NCBI GenBank assembly: GCA_000934665.2
Contig: KZ538454.1
Location: 1 to 64,000, forward strand
DNA length: 64,000 nt
Direction: 5' to 3'
Origin: Catajapyx aquilonaris
Taxonomy: Eukaryota
Below are positions 1 through 12,900 of this stretch, one piece after another. How positions within the stretch are numbered: the first letter of the stretch is position 1; the number at the start of each line of letters is the position of its first letter. The translations under genes and the position numbers were made by a program. Under the pieces are notes generated by a model. The model was not told the DNA's origin and made no database searches. It worked only from the letters and a program-made list of their open reading frames with translations.

Positions 1-2052
1 GTTCGGGGCGAATCAGCATAGCGGCGTAATTTTCTTTTAACCCATCCCAGGCGCGTTCCTAAAGTCTGGGGGATTTATTTCCGTATTAGCAAAAGAACAG
101 CAATCAATGATTCTTGTAGAGTAATTAAACTAATTAGGGTCACACATTGATGAGTCCTGACGCATGAAATGCATACTAATGAAAACATCAAAGGGAACCT
201 CCCCGACATTCGATAGGTTTATGGCTAAACCCCCCCCACAAAGTATTGTTATGCCAGACCCAAGTTGGCGAAAACTTTGAAATGCTATCGAAGAAACCAC
301 GCTCTGCCACCATGTTAAAATTCAAAGAATCAATTTGTTGCCATTTTTTGGAAAAAAAAAGTTGCATATCATGTGACTTTCGGGGAATTTTCCAGCCCGT
401 GTAAAGTAATGCGGTCAGTGTCATTATTTTTCTCCGGAACTTTTTCTACTTCAATTTTGTCCACCCCAACGGTACAATACCAAAGCTGATTAAGCCGGTT
501 GGCATTTTGGACCCTGCAAGGAATGATTTTGTTCCAACACGCGAATTCGTCGCGGTTTGGAAAGAAATATTTGGTACAGAGAGACCAGTGGATACCCCCG
601 AAAAAAAAAATTCATTTTGCGACCACTTTACGTGCATAGAATAGGTCCGTTGATGTACGAGCTCCGAAATTGCTTTGTTTCCTGCGCAACCAGGGAAACA
701 ACTACCAAAAAAAAATTCATTGTGTTTTGGGATTAAAAGTGTTGGACGATGTACCCGGAAAGTGACTTTTAGTTTGGGGAAGTATTGCATTGTTGCATAG
801 TAGCCATCTATATGATTTCTGATGATGTGTTTGGTAAAATTTGTGGGATATTGGAATGCGGGTCATAAAACCTGATTTATGCACCGGAGCCGTACTTAAA
901 ACGGCGCAATAATAAGAAAAGGGGGGCGAATAATTTACCCAAAACCTTTTGTAGAGTATAGCCCCCAGCATACACTAGGGGCAGCAGAGGCCAGCAGCCG
1001 GCGTACGTGTTTATTATCCGTAGATATTGGGCTCTTTCATGGCAACGTTGAGGTCGAGCGAAACTGTTAATGTTGCTCTGTTAATCTCCCCCAATCTCGC
1101 AATACATGTAATAAACAAACCATAAACTTTCGCCCCGCTGCATTCCAGTTCAGAACCCGCTGCCGTGCAGTTATTTCTAATTTGGTAATATGCCCTTGCT
1201 GTTCATTGATCAGAGTGTGACTTTGCATAATGCAGAGCCACCAGTGCAGGCCTGGAAGTGTTTGTGTTACTCCCTTTTTTTCCAGGGGGAAACTAAAAAG
1301 GCGTCGGTGCTGCCCCCTTCTCAGATCTTGGCATGTGTCCGGTCCCTATTTAATTGGTCCAACATACGTCACCCTGGACCCCCTCGGTGATCCACAAATT
1401 CCATTAGGGAGAAAGTTATCTGCCGGATAATCCGCGCCCTCCGACACTTCTTTCCTAATTGTACCTGTTTCAAAATAATGAGAACAATGTCATATTTATG
1501 CAGGTTTTAGGGGGTTCCTCCCCTAGCATTAAGAGAGTGTCCTGGACAAAAAAAAGTCGCATAATACGCGGCTGTGTACTTTGTAGGCGCTGTCATTCAA
1601 GATTAGAGCCCTTGGGGGTCGGCAGGCCCAGGCTTTTGGGATGACCCGGATGAGGGAGGCCATAAGTGCCCCCTCTGAAATTTCGTTACATACTCAAATC
1701 CTCCTCCTGGATAAACTTTTTGCGTCTCGGTACATTTTTTTTAGCGAATTCCAGGCGAATTATCCTGGTACGTAGACAGCTGTATGGTGGGTTGCAGGAC
1801 TTTCAGGATAGTTCTTGCCACACCCTATTTTCCTTCTCCCCTTTTGGAAGCTGGAGGCTCTTGTCCTTTCCGTTGGAGCAAAGCACTCAACTCCCTTCAT
1901 TAGGGCAAATGGCGACTGGGCTTGGGACTCTGGCGGCGACGCTGTGATCGCATGAATATGGATGCCCCCTCCAGCTTTCTCCCCACTACTCCATCCCCTT
2001 TCTACCGCCTTCAAATCGATTGATTGGGAGGAAAGAGGAGGGGGGGGTGGGG

Positions 2053-2171
2053 NNNNNNNNNNNNNNNNNNNNNNNNNNNNNNNNNNNNNNNNNNNNNNNN
2101 NNNNNNNNNNNNNNNNNNNNNNNNNNNNNNNNNNNNNNNNNNNNNNNNNNNNNNNNNNNNNNNNNNNNNNN
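2053..2171. other. Assembly gap (119 N)
   Basis: Run of N flanked by poly-G on both sides. Single Ns also lie inside G/C runs at 28785 and 55459. Confidence 0.99.
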
Positions 2172-2794
2172 TTGTGGGGGGGGGGGGGGACGCAAGAAAA
2201 CTGGCCAGCAGCTAATTTCTGTGTCGTGGAGAATGTCGCAATCAAGACTCGCTGCTATTCAACAAGCTGGACTCTGCTCTTCCAACTAACTCAAACTCTC
2301 AGAGCTCTTTGAACCTGTTAGTGACCATACAATTGTGACCTTACCAAAAGTTTATGCTGATGTGGGCCGCCTTGCTGGATTTACACAAGTTACCCAAATC
2401 CATAGTTTGGGGAAAGGAAAGGGAAGGGGGGGGGGGAGAAGCTGAGGATTACAGAGAAAATAATGAAAAGAAAAAGGTTCTTGTAGGGATGGGAGGGGCT
2501 GAGCTCTTTTTCATTATTCATGGCGGCTGTGAACAGTTTGCGATTCTCTTTATGGATTCGAGATGGATTTTAATAAGTAATAAAAAGTGGAATGTATTGA
2601 TCTGTTGGGATAAAGAGCGGACGGTTCGGGAGAAATTAGAATATTTATCACAGCCAGAGGGGAAAGAACATGACTTTTTGGGAGAGATCCACAAGTGATT
2701 GGGTAATCCACTGGAGCTTGCAATAATAAGGAATCAATAGTCGCACAGTAAACACTAATCATATTGCCGTAAATTCGACGCATCAGTCAGCTAC

Positions 2795-2983
2795 GCTAAC
2801 CGAGGCGCGATGGCCACCTCACATGAGTTCCGAGGCGCGATGGCCACCTCAAATGAGTTCCAAGGAGCGATGGCCACCTCACATGAGTTCACAGGAGCGA
2901 TGGCCACCTCACATGGGTTCCGAGACGCGATGGCCACCTCACATGAGTTACTCATGTGAGGTGGCCATCGCGCCTCGGTTAGC
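2795..2983. repeat. Palindromic element whose left arm is tandemly amplified (5 x 30 bp)
   Basis: gctaac, then five copies of CGAGGCGCGATGGCCACCTCACATGAGTTC-like units (2801-2950), then the reverse complement ctcatgtgaggtggccatcgcgcctcggttagc (2951-2983). Confidence 0.95.
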
Positions 2984-4054
2984 TCGTGGGATTTTGACGG
3001 TTTGCAAATTCATGTCCGGATTTCATCACTCAGTATCAACTTATATGGAACAACTGGGCCTGAAAAAAACTTAGACCCGGACAAAAGTGCGGGCAATGCA
3101 AGTACCGCTTTTGACAATGATGGATGCCTTTTCTTGGCTTGGCGATGAACAGCTTGTAATTAATCTTCTATTTTTCACCTTTGACACGACGAACAAGGAA
3201 AAACTCGGGGCCGCTTAAGTGGGCTTCAATATCGAGGTGTCGGGCCGAGACTGAAGTACACAATTTGCACTCGTTCCAAGGGCTTGGGAGTGAGTGATCG
3301 CTCTATAGCTATGAGTTTTCCAGATGGGGGGAAAAAGCAGTCGCCTTGATAGCTGTTGATGGAAACATGCTTGTGCGAATCGACTGGACCCGCCCTAGCT
3401 TTTTTTTCTTCACACTAGGGTAGCCCAGCAACATGCAAATGAGAGTTGACGCCTAAAAGTCATTTATAAAATTCCGTACGCTACATTAGGAGTCTCCCTC
3501 AATGCGCCAATTGGAGTGTAGGAAATACCCACCTTAGGAGCATATGTCTTGTCCAGTCACCCATTTTTCAATCAAGGGGACAACGTTGTTCATCACCCTC
3601 CAGGAAGGAAGAAGAAGATGACAAAGATGCGGAAAAGCACGCTTGCAAAACTGTGAGTGATGGCTTGGGCATTAACGCAGGACCAACAGATCTCCCCGCG
3701 CTTCAACACGTGTTTACACCATCAGATGGACACGCCAATCACTTCCACCGAATGCCATTGATCACCATAATTGCCTCTACGGCTCTCCATCACTGCCCAT
3801 TACCAGGTTTCCAATAAATCTAGCTCCCGGTTACGAGACCGCGTTTTTTTGCACTTAATCCCGGCACTACGTTATAGCAAACATTGGCCTGTAATTATGT
3901 CATCATGGAAGCGATTAAACTATTATCGACATTAATGCTGATGGGGTGGGGGGTTCAACCATGTTTCAGCTAGCCTTCTTGCAAATGTCATCTACAGCCC
4001 TTTAAGCCAAAGGACGATCTGACATCACACCATGTCTTCCGGGTATTCCAGGCC

Positions 4055-4115
4055 CGATGGCCACCTCACATGAGTTACTCATGTGAGGTGGCCATCGCGC
4101 CTCGGTTAGCTCGTG
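4055..4115. repeat. Second, left-truncated copy of the 2795-2983 palindromic element
   Basis: cgatggccacctcacatgagttactcatgtgaggtggccatcgcgcctcggttagctcgtg is identical to 2928-2988. Confidence 0.95.
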
Positions 4116-4357
4116 AAGGTTTCGCCGTCTTTCTATTTGCCGCCCCCAAATCGCCACCGATGGATCATTCCCATTTCTCAGCGCTCCATATCGCCGTCTG
4201 CGAAACTTGTAGGCCTACACGAAGACGGATTAATACAAACGGGATTCTCCAAAATTCGATGATTAGTGTGGGGACGTGAAGAGGGAAAAGGGCTGTATCC
4301 GCTGAAGATGGGGCTGTATCCTCAAGGAAGGATGGTTATGTTAGGTTAGGTTATGTT

Positions 4358-4476
4358 TAGGGCTGTGCGATATTTCGATACATCGAGTGTCGATGCGATA
4401 TTTTCCTAATACCGAAGTTGCGATATTTTTTGAGTATCGAAAGTCGATATGCAATTTCGGATATCGCACAGCCCTA
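4358..4476. mobile_element. hAT-type MITE (119 bp)
   Basis: 16-bp perfect TIR TAGGGCTGTGCGATAT...ATATCGCACAGCCCTA and an exact 8-bp TSD gttatgtt (4350-4357 and 4477-4484). An 8-bp TSD with TAGGG termini is typical of hAT elements. Confidence 0.92.
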
Positions 4477-6091
4477 GTTATGTTGGTACAGCGTCCCCCT
4501 GCCGATATGAAATCGGCGAAATGGGCGGCGTATTCTGTTTTCTGAGCATGCGCAGACCTGGGTGGATGTGGGGCTGCACGTGACGTCAGATCGTTCTTTC
4601 GCTTACAGGACTTTAGAGCGAGTGATGCTGCTTATTAATGAATGCAAGAAAGAGCGTACTGCAGAGTGTAATCTGCTTACACTCGCGTGTGTGTTTTGTA
4701 AAGTGTCATAACCTATGTGATTAAACTCTTATTGGCATGAATATAAATGAAGAGGGGGGCGTCCAAGAAAGGGCGTGTAATCTGCTTACCTCGCCAGAAT
4801 GAGTTAATTCTTATGTGAGTGTGTGTATTTTGCGTGCGGAGGGCTTTTGGGAGAGGGAGATTTTCTGGGAGAGGGTGTATTGCGTAGTTGTGTGTCTCGT
4901 TTCATAAATAAGCGCGTGTTTCATAGTGAGCTTGCAGCATGTCGCTTAAATTTCTCAGCCGGCTGCTCGTTATTATTTTACTTGTTTGGGAGCCATAATC
5001 CGAAGTGGTTGCTGTACACCTGTGCCGGTGGGCGGCTCCGAAAAGGTTAATTTGCCCATCAGAGTTCTTTGCAGCCTGGCTGTCTTGCTGCCGGCTCGTC
5101 ATGGCCAATGAGCTGGCAGCCCCCGCACTTTGGATTCATTCTGTTCTAACACACTCACGCTCTCGCTCTCGCTCTCGCTAACTCTATGCACAGTACCCCC
5201 CTCCCTCCCTCCTTCACTTCCTCCCAAATTCCCCGCTCGTCCACCCGTAACACCACGACATATTTACCTTTTGTTTAGTCCCAGAAAGAAACACCAGGGG
5301 ATAGTTCGTCACTTGCCCCCTTTTGTAGAATCACAAAAGCTAGATGCTTGGTTGGGGTATTCGGCAGATGTCACCCACAGATAGACTAGGATCTGGTCCC
5401 ACCAAAGCCTCCACACTAACTCAAACCGGCCTCGCGTATCGGTTCATACTTTTTAATTATCACCGTCATTTACGGCGGTCAACTACTAAACCAAATTTAC
5501 GAGAATTACAGTTCGAACGCGGTGTCCCCCTTTGTTTTGGAGCGAGACGATGGACGACCAGCACAATAAATTTAGAAACTTGTTTAGCCCCGTGCTGCCA
5601 CCACCCCCCGCCAACACACTCCCATACGCCCACCACCCCCACCCCACACTGAAAAAAAAAAATGTTTATTACGGCAAGGCGATAAAATCGTTGAAACTCC
5701 GCATTAACTATGCAGTCACCGGGCCGGCCAGACTGTTGCCAAATTGCCAATTTTGGGGCGAACGGATGAAAAAGTGGAGGGATGCCATCTCACAGATCCA
5801 TAAACCCGCACGTTCCCTCAGGGAAATAAACGCGTGCAACCTTTTTTCGGCGGGGAATAAAAATATCGGATTAAATACGCGCCGGGCAAAGGTGAAAGAC
5901 GTCTGTTCCGTTGGGCGGGCTTTGATTTTCGCCTGCTGCTTCGGATGACTGGATGGTCAGGCTGGATGCGTTTGGACGTGTTCCTAACCTAAGTTGCTAG
6001 GATCAGACCTTCACATTTTTGGACGTACGTATACAGCAAGATGGCCATTTCCACGAAAATGGGATGGAGAATCTGTCATTTTCGGAATGAC

Positions 6092-6766
6092 ATGCAGTAA
6101 ATTTATTTTTGACTGTACATATGCACTAAATTTATTTTTGACTGTACATATGCAGTAAATTTATTTTTGACTGTACATATGCACTAAATTTATTTTTTGA
6201 CTGTACATATGCACTAAATTTATTTTTGACTGTACATATGCACTAAATTTATTTTTGACTGTACATATGCAGTAAATTTTTTTGACTGTACATATGCATT
6301 AAATTAATTTTTGACTGTACATATGCAGTAAATTTATTTTTGTAAATTTCAAGTTTAAAGTAAATTTCCTGAATGAGTACATAATTATGTATTAAGGTCC
6401 CTGGTGATAATATGGCCATAGAAGGTAATATGGCATAGAAGGTAATATGGCCATAGAAGGTAATATGGTAGAAGGTAGATTTATGACTACATAATATGCA
6501 AGAGGTTTTACTTTTGACTGTACATAACATGTACAGTAAAAAGTAAATTTGTTGCATATGTACAGTCAAAAATAAATGTATTGATAATAAAGAAATAATC
6601 AGGAAATTTATTTTTGACTGTACATAATGATTATGTGAAGTCAAAAGTAAATTTCCTGCACATGGACAGTCACAAATAAATAATACATACTATGTACAGG
6701 CAAGAGTAAATTTCCTGCATAAGGACAGTCAGGTGCATATTATGCAGGAAATTTATTTTTGAATGT
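6092..6766. repeat. Composite AT-rich repeat: 29-30-bp minisatellite, 18-bp sub-array and scattered inverted copies; probably a decayed DNA-transposon segment
   Basis: About 8 copies of ATGCA(G/C)TAAATTTATTTTTGACTGTACAT (6092-6340) and about 4 copies of TATGGCCATAGAAGGTAA (6410-6477). The first motif recurs in both orientations up to 6766. Confidence 0.85.
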
Positions 6767-8954
6767 ACCGTACCTTACATACGCAGGACATTTTTTGTGC
6801 CCATACGCAAGAGGCTATCGGATGCCTCTTCTTGTAAGCTGCAGTATCAACCGGATGGTGACACTGGAATTCTCATATAGGTCGCCCAGCACGGCCGTGG
6901 TCACAGGGAAACTGTGTGTGGAGCCGCCAGTCCCCTTTTCTTTCTTCCGTCTCTTTTGCTGGCGCTCTCCCCCCAATAAACAAAGAATTCCAGCGGTTAT
7001 GTACTCTTCCAATCAATACAAGCCTCTCCGGGGCCGAAAAAAAAATATCGAAAAACTTTTGGCGAGAGTGCACTCTCCATTTCCAGTAACATTCCTGTGA
7101 CATTCTTGCAGGCCTTCTCTTTGGGAGAAATGAAGCCCAAGCCTCCAGACTTGTCAGCCAGAGATGCGCCCTTCAATTATTCTCTGGCTCAGGAGGCATC
7201 ATGCTGTCCACAAAAGCCATGCGCCTTCCATTGGATTGCAGTCTTTTCTCCTTTTGTGCCTGTCTGAACGCGCTGGAAATGAAACGCGGTTAACAATGCA
7301 GGTGAAATTCATTATGTAACTGTTCACTTACATTATTTTAGCTCAATTGCGGTGCTGAACACCGTGTGACTGTCATTGCTTCCAATGGCGTTTTAGATGC
7401 ACTATTTATGCCGATTTACTATTTCATTATCGACATGGCAAATAGGAACTAAAATAGTGCAGGGTTGTCAATCCTGATTACCAGCGCCTGTGTCTCCCCT
7501 TCTTCTTCTTTCCCCTTCTGGTAATATTTCCCGGCAGCGTTAAGGTTTGTCATCAGACCATCATTGCCTCTCAATATTCACCAGTTTCCTCCGCTCACTT
7601 CCTCCCTTCTGCCATCCCCTTCCCCTCCTCATCTCCTCCCCCCCATCCAACTCCTACAGATAATGCCGTCCCACAATCTAGCTATTGATTCAATAATAAC
7701 CACCCCCCTGTGAGATCAGGGCTGGCCAAAGTGGCACGAACAGAGTCAAGTGGCTTGGAGTGACCCACCCACCCACCCACGTCCCACTCTAGTGTCCAGC
7801 CGGCTTCAAGAGGTCAATCCGAAGAGTGGGAGAGATGGACCCACAGGATGAGGGGGTCAGTCTTGGACACTCGAGAGAGGATCGGACGATGGAGATTGGA
7901 GATCCCTGTAGTCGATGGTCTATAGTGGAGGGATCGTTTCACTCCACTCATACAAGCCCATGCAGCCGCCTTCTGTCTTCCTTCACAGAGATCAATAGCA
8001 AGCTCTCCACTATCTTGGAGGGGATAATTTCGATATCAAAGGGATGCTGCAGCCTTTGTCATTGCCAGCCCCTTATCAATGGGGGATTATACAGCTGGCA
8101 GGGAATCCCCTCTCCTTATGTGGGATACACGCACGATACGCATGTGAAGGGATCAAACCGCCGATTCATTTCCATCCAGCAGCAGGGGCTTAGCCAACTT
8201 TTCCTTCAAATGGAAGAAACGCAATGACAAGCAGCCAGGTGGGGGCCATCAGGTGAGAAGGGGGGGAGGGGGCGGAATGAAAAGCATGAAAAAAATGGAG
8301 GTTGGAGCTTTGGCTGTCCATCGCCCTGTCCGAGTGTCGGCGGGGGGTGTGTGGCCCCCCTTGGGTCCCCCTGGGCCACCTGTGACCCCTGCTGGGACAC
8401 AGGAATGCCCCCCGCCCTCTCATTTCTTGAGCTCGATCGGCTTACGTATAAAAATAATCACAACAATTATGGGGCTTCTCAGCAGTAATGAAACATTGAG
8501 TTAGATCTGGAATGCTCAGCCACCGCCGAAGAAAAACATCGGCCTTCTCAGCTGGTGGCAAATGATGGGGAGGGTCCGTCTCCGGGGCAAAAAGGAGACC
8601 TGTCGTTTCTTCTTCTACCCTGTAAAACAGGTCCCGGGACTTTTCAGCCGCGTGTCACATGTCAATCAGGACCAGACCCAGTTCGGGACTCATTCCTCCA
8701 GCCCAGATTTTTCGGGGACGCCCACATCACGCAAGAATGCAGAAATCGGAAGGAAACACTCCCGAGCACGAGTTACTGCAATCGGCCGTCAGATGGAAGG
8801 AGCCGCGAGATAGAAGCCAGCGGGAGGAGCACAGTCCAACATGTCATCAATATACGCGTCCAACTCTTTCAATGAAAAAGTACCCTCAAATGTACTGCAA
8901 CCAGCCACATTTTGTCATGCACTGTTCCTTATGTGGCATTTAAAATTAAATGTA

Positions 8955-9283
8955 AAATTTATCAAAAAAATTTTGTCGAATAAACCGCTGGGCCATGGTC
9001 GACAATTGGTACAGTCCTGTAAACCCTGGGTTCATAATTAGTGCTAAAACGTACCGAAATTTTGTGGTGAACTGTACCACATAAGGTACAGTGTACGACA
9101 AAATTTGTATGAAAAGTACCAGCCAGATTTTGTTGTGCACTGTACCTTATGTGGTACAGTTCACCACAAAATTTCGGTACGTTTTAGCACTAATTATGAA
9201 ACCAGGCTTTACGGGACGGTCTGTACCAAATTTCGTCCGTGGCCCAGCGGTTTCTTCGGCAAAGAATTTCGTTGCTAAAATTT
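8955..9283. mobile_element. Foldback (long inverted repeat) element, unclassified
   Basis: 63-bp perfect arms 9031-9093 and 9138-9200, with diverged outer arms (aaaccgctgggcca...tggcccagcggttt). 8871-8938 is a diverged direct copy of the central part. Confidence 0.8.
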
Positions 9284-9800
9284 CCAGCATCCCTAGATAG
9301 TATTTTCCACTAGATTCCTCCTCATAGATGCCATTTTCCAACCAGATCTCTTCATGTATGGGTACCATTTGAGAGGTTGCAAAGTGTAGATGGTATGATG
9401 AAGCAAGAGAGGGCTTCAGCCTTCAGGAGCACACGACGGGAGAGTCAGGAGCAGTCGGGAGAGAGGGAGGGGGAGGAGGGGATTCAAAGGTGGCAGGTCC
9501 AAAAGTTTCTTTTGCGGCGGGAGTCTTCCTGGGACGGCGGAGGGACTCAACTAATTAACTTCTTATCGCCCGTCGAAGCCTGAAAGGGAGCTTTCTGGGG
9601 GCCTGGCCCGAATTAGCCGCCGGCGTTTATCTCCTCATCGCATGTTGGCGCCCTCTTCCTCCCCTCTGGCTTCAGCAGTTTCCCCAGGAATCCCCTACCA
9701 GTACATAGCACCATTTCCAGTACTTTTAATAGTCCGAAGACCTATCTGGCTTATAAAAGGAAGTATTTAGTATATACTCAAATTTTGTGATTTTAGCACT

Positions 9801-9924
9801 AATTTGATGCACTGGTGCATAATTTGATTCACTGGTGCATCGTTTGATTCACTGGTGCATCGTTTGATTCACTGGTGCATCGTTTGATTCACTGGTGCAT
9901 CGTTTGATTCACTGGTGCATAATT
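9801..9924. repeat. Minisatellite, 6 x 20 bp
   Basis: Unit (aa/cg)TTTGATTCACTGGTGCAT in tandem. Confidence 0.97.
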
Positions 9925-12710
9925 ATCTTGACAAGTGCATTATTTCGGTGGAATTGGTGCATATGTTTATGCAGACAAGTGTGTAATAATACACATAGCC
10001 AGATTTCAGGGTGATGGTGAATATTTTGGCAAGAAAGATGGTGGGGTGAGTAATTCGGGCGAGTGGGATGGAAATTGGCGGCGACAGAGAGTCATGGTTT
10101 GTGGCAGGACTCGTTTCCATTTGGAAACACTTCAAACGGGAGTAGGAGTAGGGAAGACGGATGGACAGACGCCTTGCTGCGTGTGTGTGTGACAAAGAGC
10201 GGCTTGGATTCGCTTCGGATGACTCCCTGCTCCTAATACTATTTCGGGCAGCTTGATCCATGTGTTGCCTCCCCATAAAGAAGGATGGAGTCAATTACTA
10301 ATTACCGGGCAGGTATGCAGCGCAGCTTGTTTATTAATGGCGGGCTTGCTGCTTGTCCTCCCAAAGGACTATTTCGGTCCCGAAGGATATACGGGCGAAG
10401 AAGGCGAGCCATGAAATATCGTCGGTGGGTGCAGAAAAATAGGGGGTCGGCGGGACGCGACAAATTGGCCCAGATTTTCTTCCGGTACATAGGTGGCCAC
10501 AAACCCAATGTAAATAGCGATCTCTTATTCCAGACAAAAAAAAAGTAAGGGGGGGAAGCTGAAGTGAGTCCCTCGAGTCTCGCCAAGTATCTTCGCACGA
10601 GTAGGCCACCTCGAGTCCTATCGGCTGCTTCGATTTCATGCATAAAACAAGAGGGCTGTAAGAGCAAAGTGTGGAACCCTCTTCCCTCGTCTCTCTCCCC
10701 CTCAGCAGCCGCTTGCCAAGAAGTCGAGGCAAATCAGAAGGAAACACAAGAGATGCTACTCTTTCGATTTCGTAGCTAAGAGCCCGTGAACGAAACCCGC
10801 TTTCGTCGACTCCTGCCTTTCCTTCGGCTCAACTTTTGCCTACTTCGCAATGCTTACTTCTTCATGTCTCCTCACCTGGAAACAAACCTATTCTTCGCCT
10901 CTGCATTATTTATTGCGCAAATACCTTGTTGCTCCTTTCAAGATTGAGAATATTTTTTTTCGTTGTAGCTATTGTCGTTTCGATACATTGTTGCCTCACT
11001 TGTTCCGGGGCTGGGCGTCTTCAGACTTTAAAAGAAATGGGTAGACAGCCCGTCGAGAGAACAACATATGCCATTAGTCGAGGCAGACCGCGGCTGGGTT
11101 TTTTGTCGGTCGGGTTGCCAAATGAGTCGTGGCAAAAACATATTAGTGGCGATATATGTAAACACGTGCGAGGGCTTTTGTTGCGTTGACAATGAGGACT
11201 GAGGAGGAGATGATGATGAATGTCCTCATGTGCTTCTGACTATTTTTAATCGTCGTTCAGCCTGGATGGGATATTTTTTTAAGGCTAAGGTCGCTTTTTG
11301 CCCTGGCCTATAGCTACCCCTCGGTTTCTCCTGGCAACCAGAAAGCGGTTTCAATGAGCCGTGTACTAATCACTAATCACCAATCATTCCCCTTCCCGGA
11401 GCCAAAGTCCCTTCGCGGAGTGTTGCTCTCGTAAAGGATGGCAGGAAAGAGCAGTCGAAGACTCACTTCCCTGGCCTGGTATTTATGCCTGGGCTCCTCG
11501 CACAGATAACCTCCTAATAGCTCGTGTGGAGGAGTTTAACTTTATCGCCGTTTGACTAGGCGTACGGTGTACCCCCTCACTATAGTCCCGGAGTTTAGTG
11601 CTGATGCCTGTTGTTGCCAGACTTCACAATGCTGCCTGTGCGCTTCTCTCTGGATTGACTCAATTAAATTTAGCCCTCATTTTGGGGCTCGATTTTTGCT
11701 CGACAGCTAAATAATGCAATTAATGAGCTGAATATTATATGGTAGCTATTTCGCACCTAAGAGTGGCAAGTTTGAGCAAGATGAATCCGGGCAGTTGTTT
11801 GGCGTCGGTTCCCCAGAGGAGTGAAAATAAATGTCCTTTTTACAACGCATATGCCCTGCAGCAGAGTTTTTAATGTTTAAAAAATCTCCTGCATGATTAA
11901 TATCCCTGCCATGAATAAGTCACATCCCTCCTGACCAAACTGCAATTTCATGCACTTGTCACCCGTGTATCCAAATGCAAGAAAGTGCGATACCGTCAGG
12001 CAGCAAGGTTCTCCCTTGAATATTTGATGGGCATCTGGGCGAGATTCAGTTTAGGTGTAGCTACAGATGAAGTAGGGTATCAGTAGGGTCCCTGAGAGAG
12101 CTGGTTTGTTTGATGGGGGGGACCGGTGGCGATCGGATCGTAGCGAAGAGTGTTTGCCCAGGAATCCGAGCTGCGGGGGATGAAGTAGGGCCCCATTGTA
12201 TCGCCTCCATTGGCATCTTTGGAGGCCCATTCAAACCCATCCCACCTTTCCAGCCGATCCCGAGGAGAGCAGACGTGGAAATGGAGCCTGGAATGGAGAT
12301 GTGACAATTGTAAGAGAGTTATCGCGGCACAATATTGATTTATGATCAAAGCGTGATAGAAGAAAGGGGGCCCTGGAGCCTCCAGCCCTGGCTGTTCCTC
12401 CTTCTCTTGCTTGCCGTCCATCGATTCAGCCTGGCATAAAATAGGCGGCATGACAGCCAGGGCCAAGGGCCTATCCACTCTGTCCTCCTTGCATCTATTT
12501 AGGACCATTGCGGATCTATAACCAGGACCCCGCTCTTTTGAATATCGCGCCACACTGATGGATTGTTATGGCTCTCAGATTCTACAGGCCATTTCGTATC
12601 ATATTGCACCAGTTTCTTTCTGCATCAAGGAGACGTCATTTTTCAAACTGCCCTCCTTCGTATGTATCGATATATCGATATTCATGGGCGACGTCTTGTG
12701 CGTTGCAATT

Positions 12711-12900
12711 GGCCGTTACTGACCGTTATTGGCAGTTATTGACCGTTACTGACAGGTTTTTTGGCAATTATTGACCGTTACTGTTACTGACCGTTATTGA
12801 CAGTTTTTGGCAGTTATTGACCGTTACTGACAGTTTGTGGCAGTTATTGACTGTTACTGACCGTTATTGACAGTTTTGACCGTTTTTGGCCGTTACTGGC
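12711..12900. repeat. Degenerate 10-bp minisatellite
   Basis: GACCGTTACT / GACCGTTATT / GGCAGTTATT variants in tandem. Confidence 0.95.

Noticed and set aside
146..172. Hammerhead-like tgatgagtcc...gaaa (also ctgacga...cgaaa at about 42550)
   Set aside because: The catalytic core is imperfect and stems I-III cannot be formed.
1..965. Possible right part of a DNA transposon ending gagtatagcccc
   Set aside because: The partner terminus is not in the window and there is no coding evidence, so it cannot be supported as a feature.
2801..2950. CRISPR-like 30-bp repeats, and the decapeptide-repeat ORF 2823-3074
   Set aside because: The repeats are contiguous with no spacers, there are no cas genes and the context is eukaryotic. 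The peptide repeat simply follows from the 30-bp period.
3604..3652. Exon-like segment KEEEDDKDAEKHACKT between ccag and gtgagt
   Set aside because: No recognisable homology; splice-like signals of this quality occur by chance.
4334..4357. TTAGG arthropod telomere-like repeats (also TTAGGG inside the 36316 array)
   Set aside because: Only two perfect units; too short to call an interstitial telomere or infer the taxon.
8743..10747. Shared 17-mer aaatc(g/a)gaaggaaacac at about 8743 and 10731
   Set aside because: The similarity does not extend on either side; compatible with chance.
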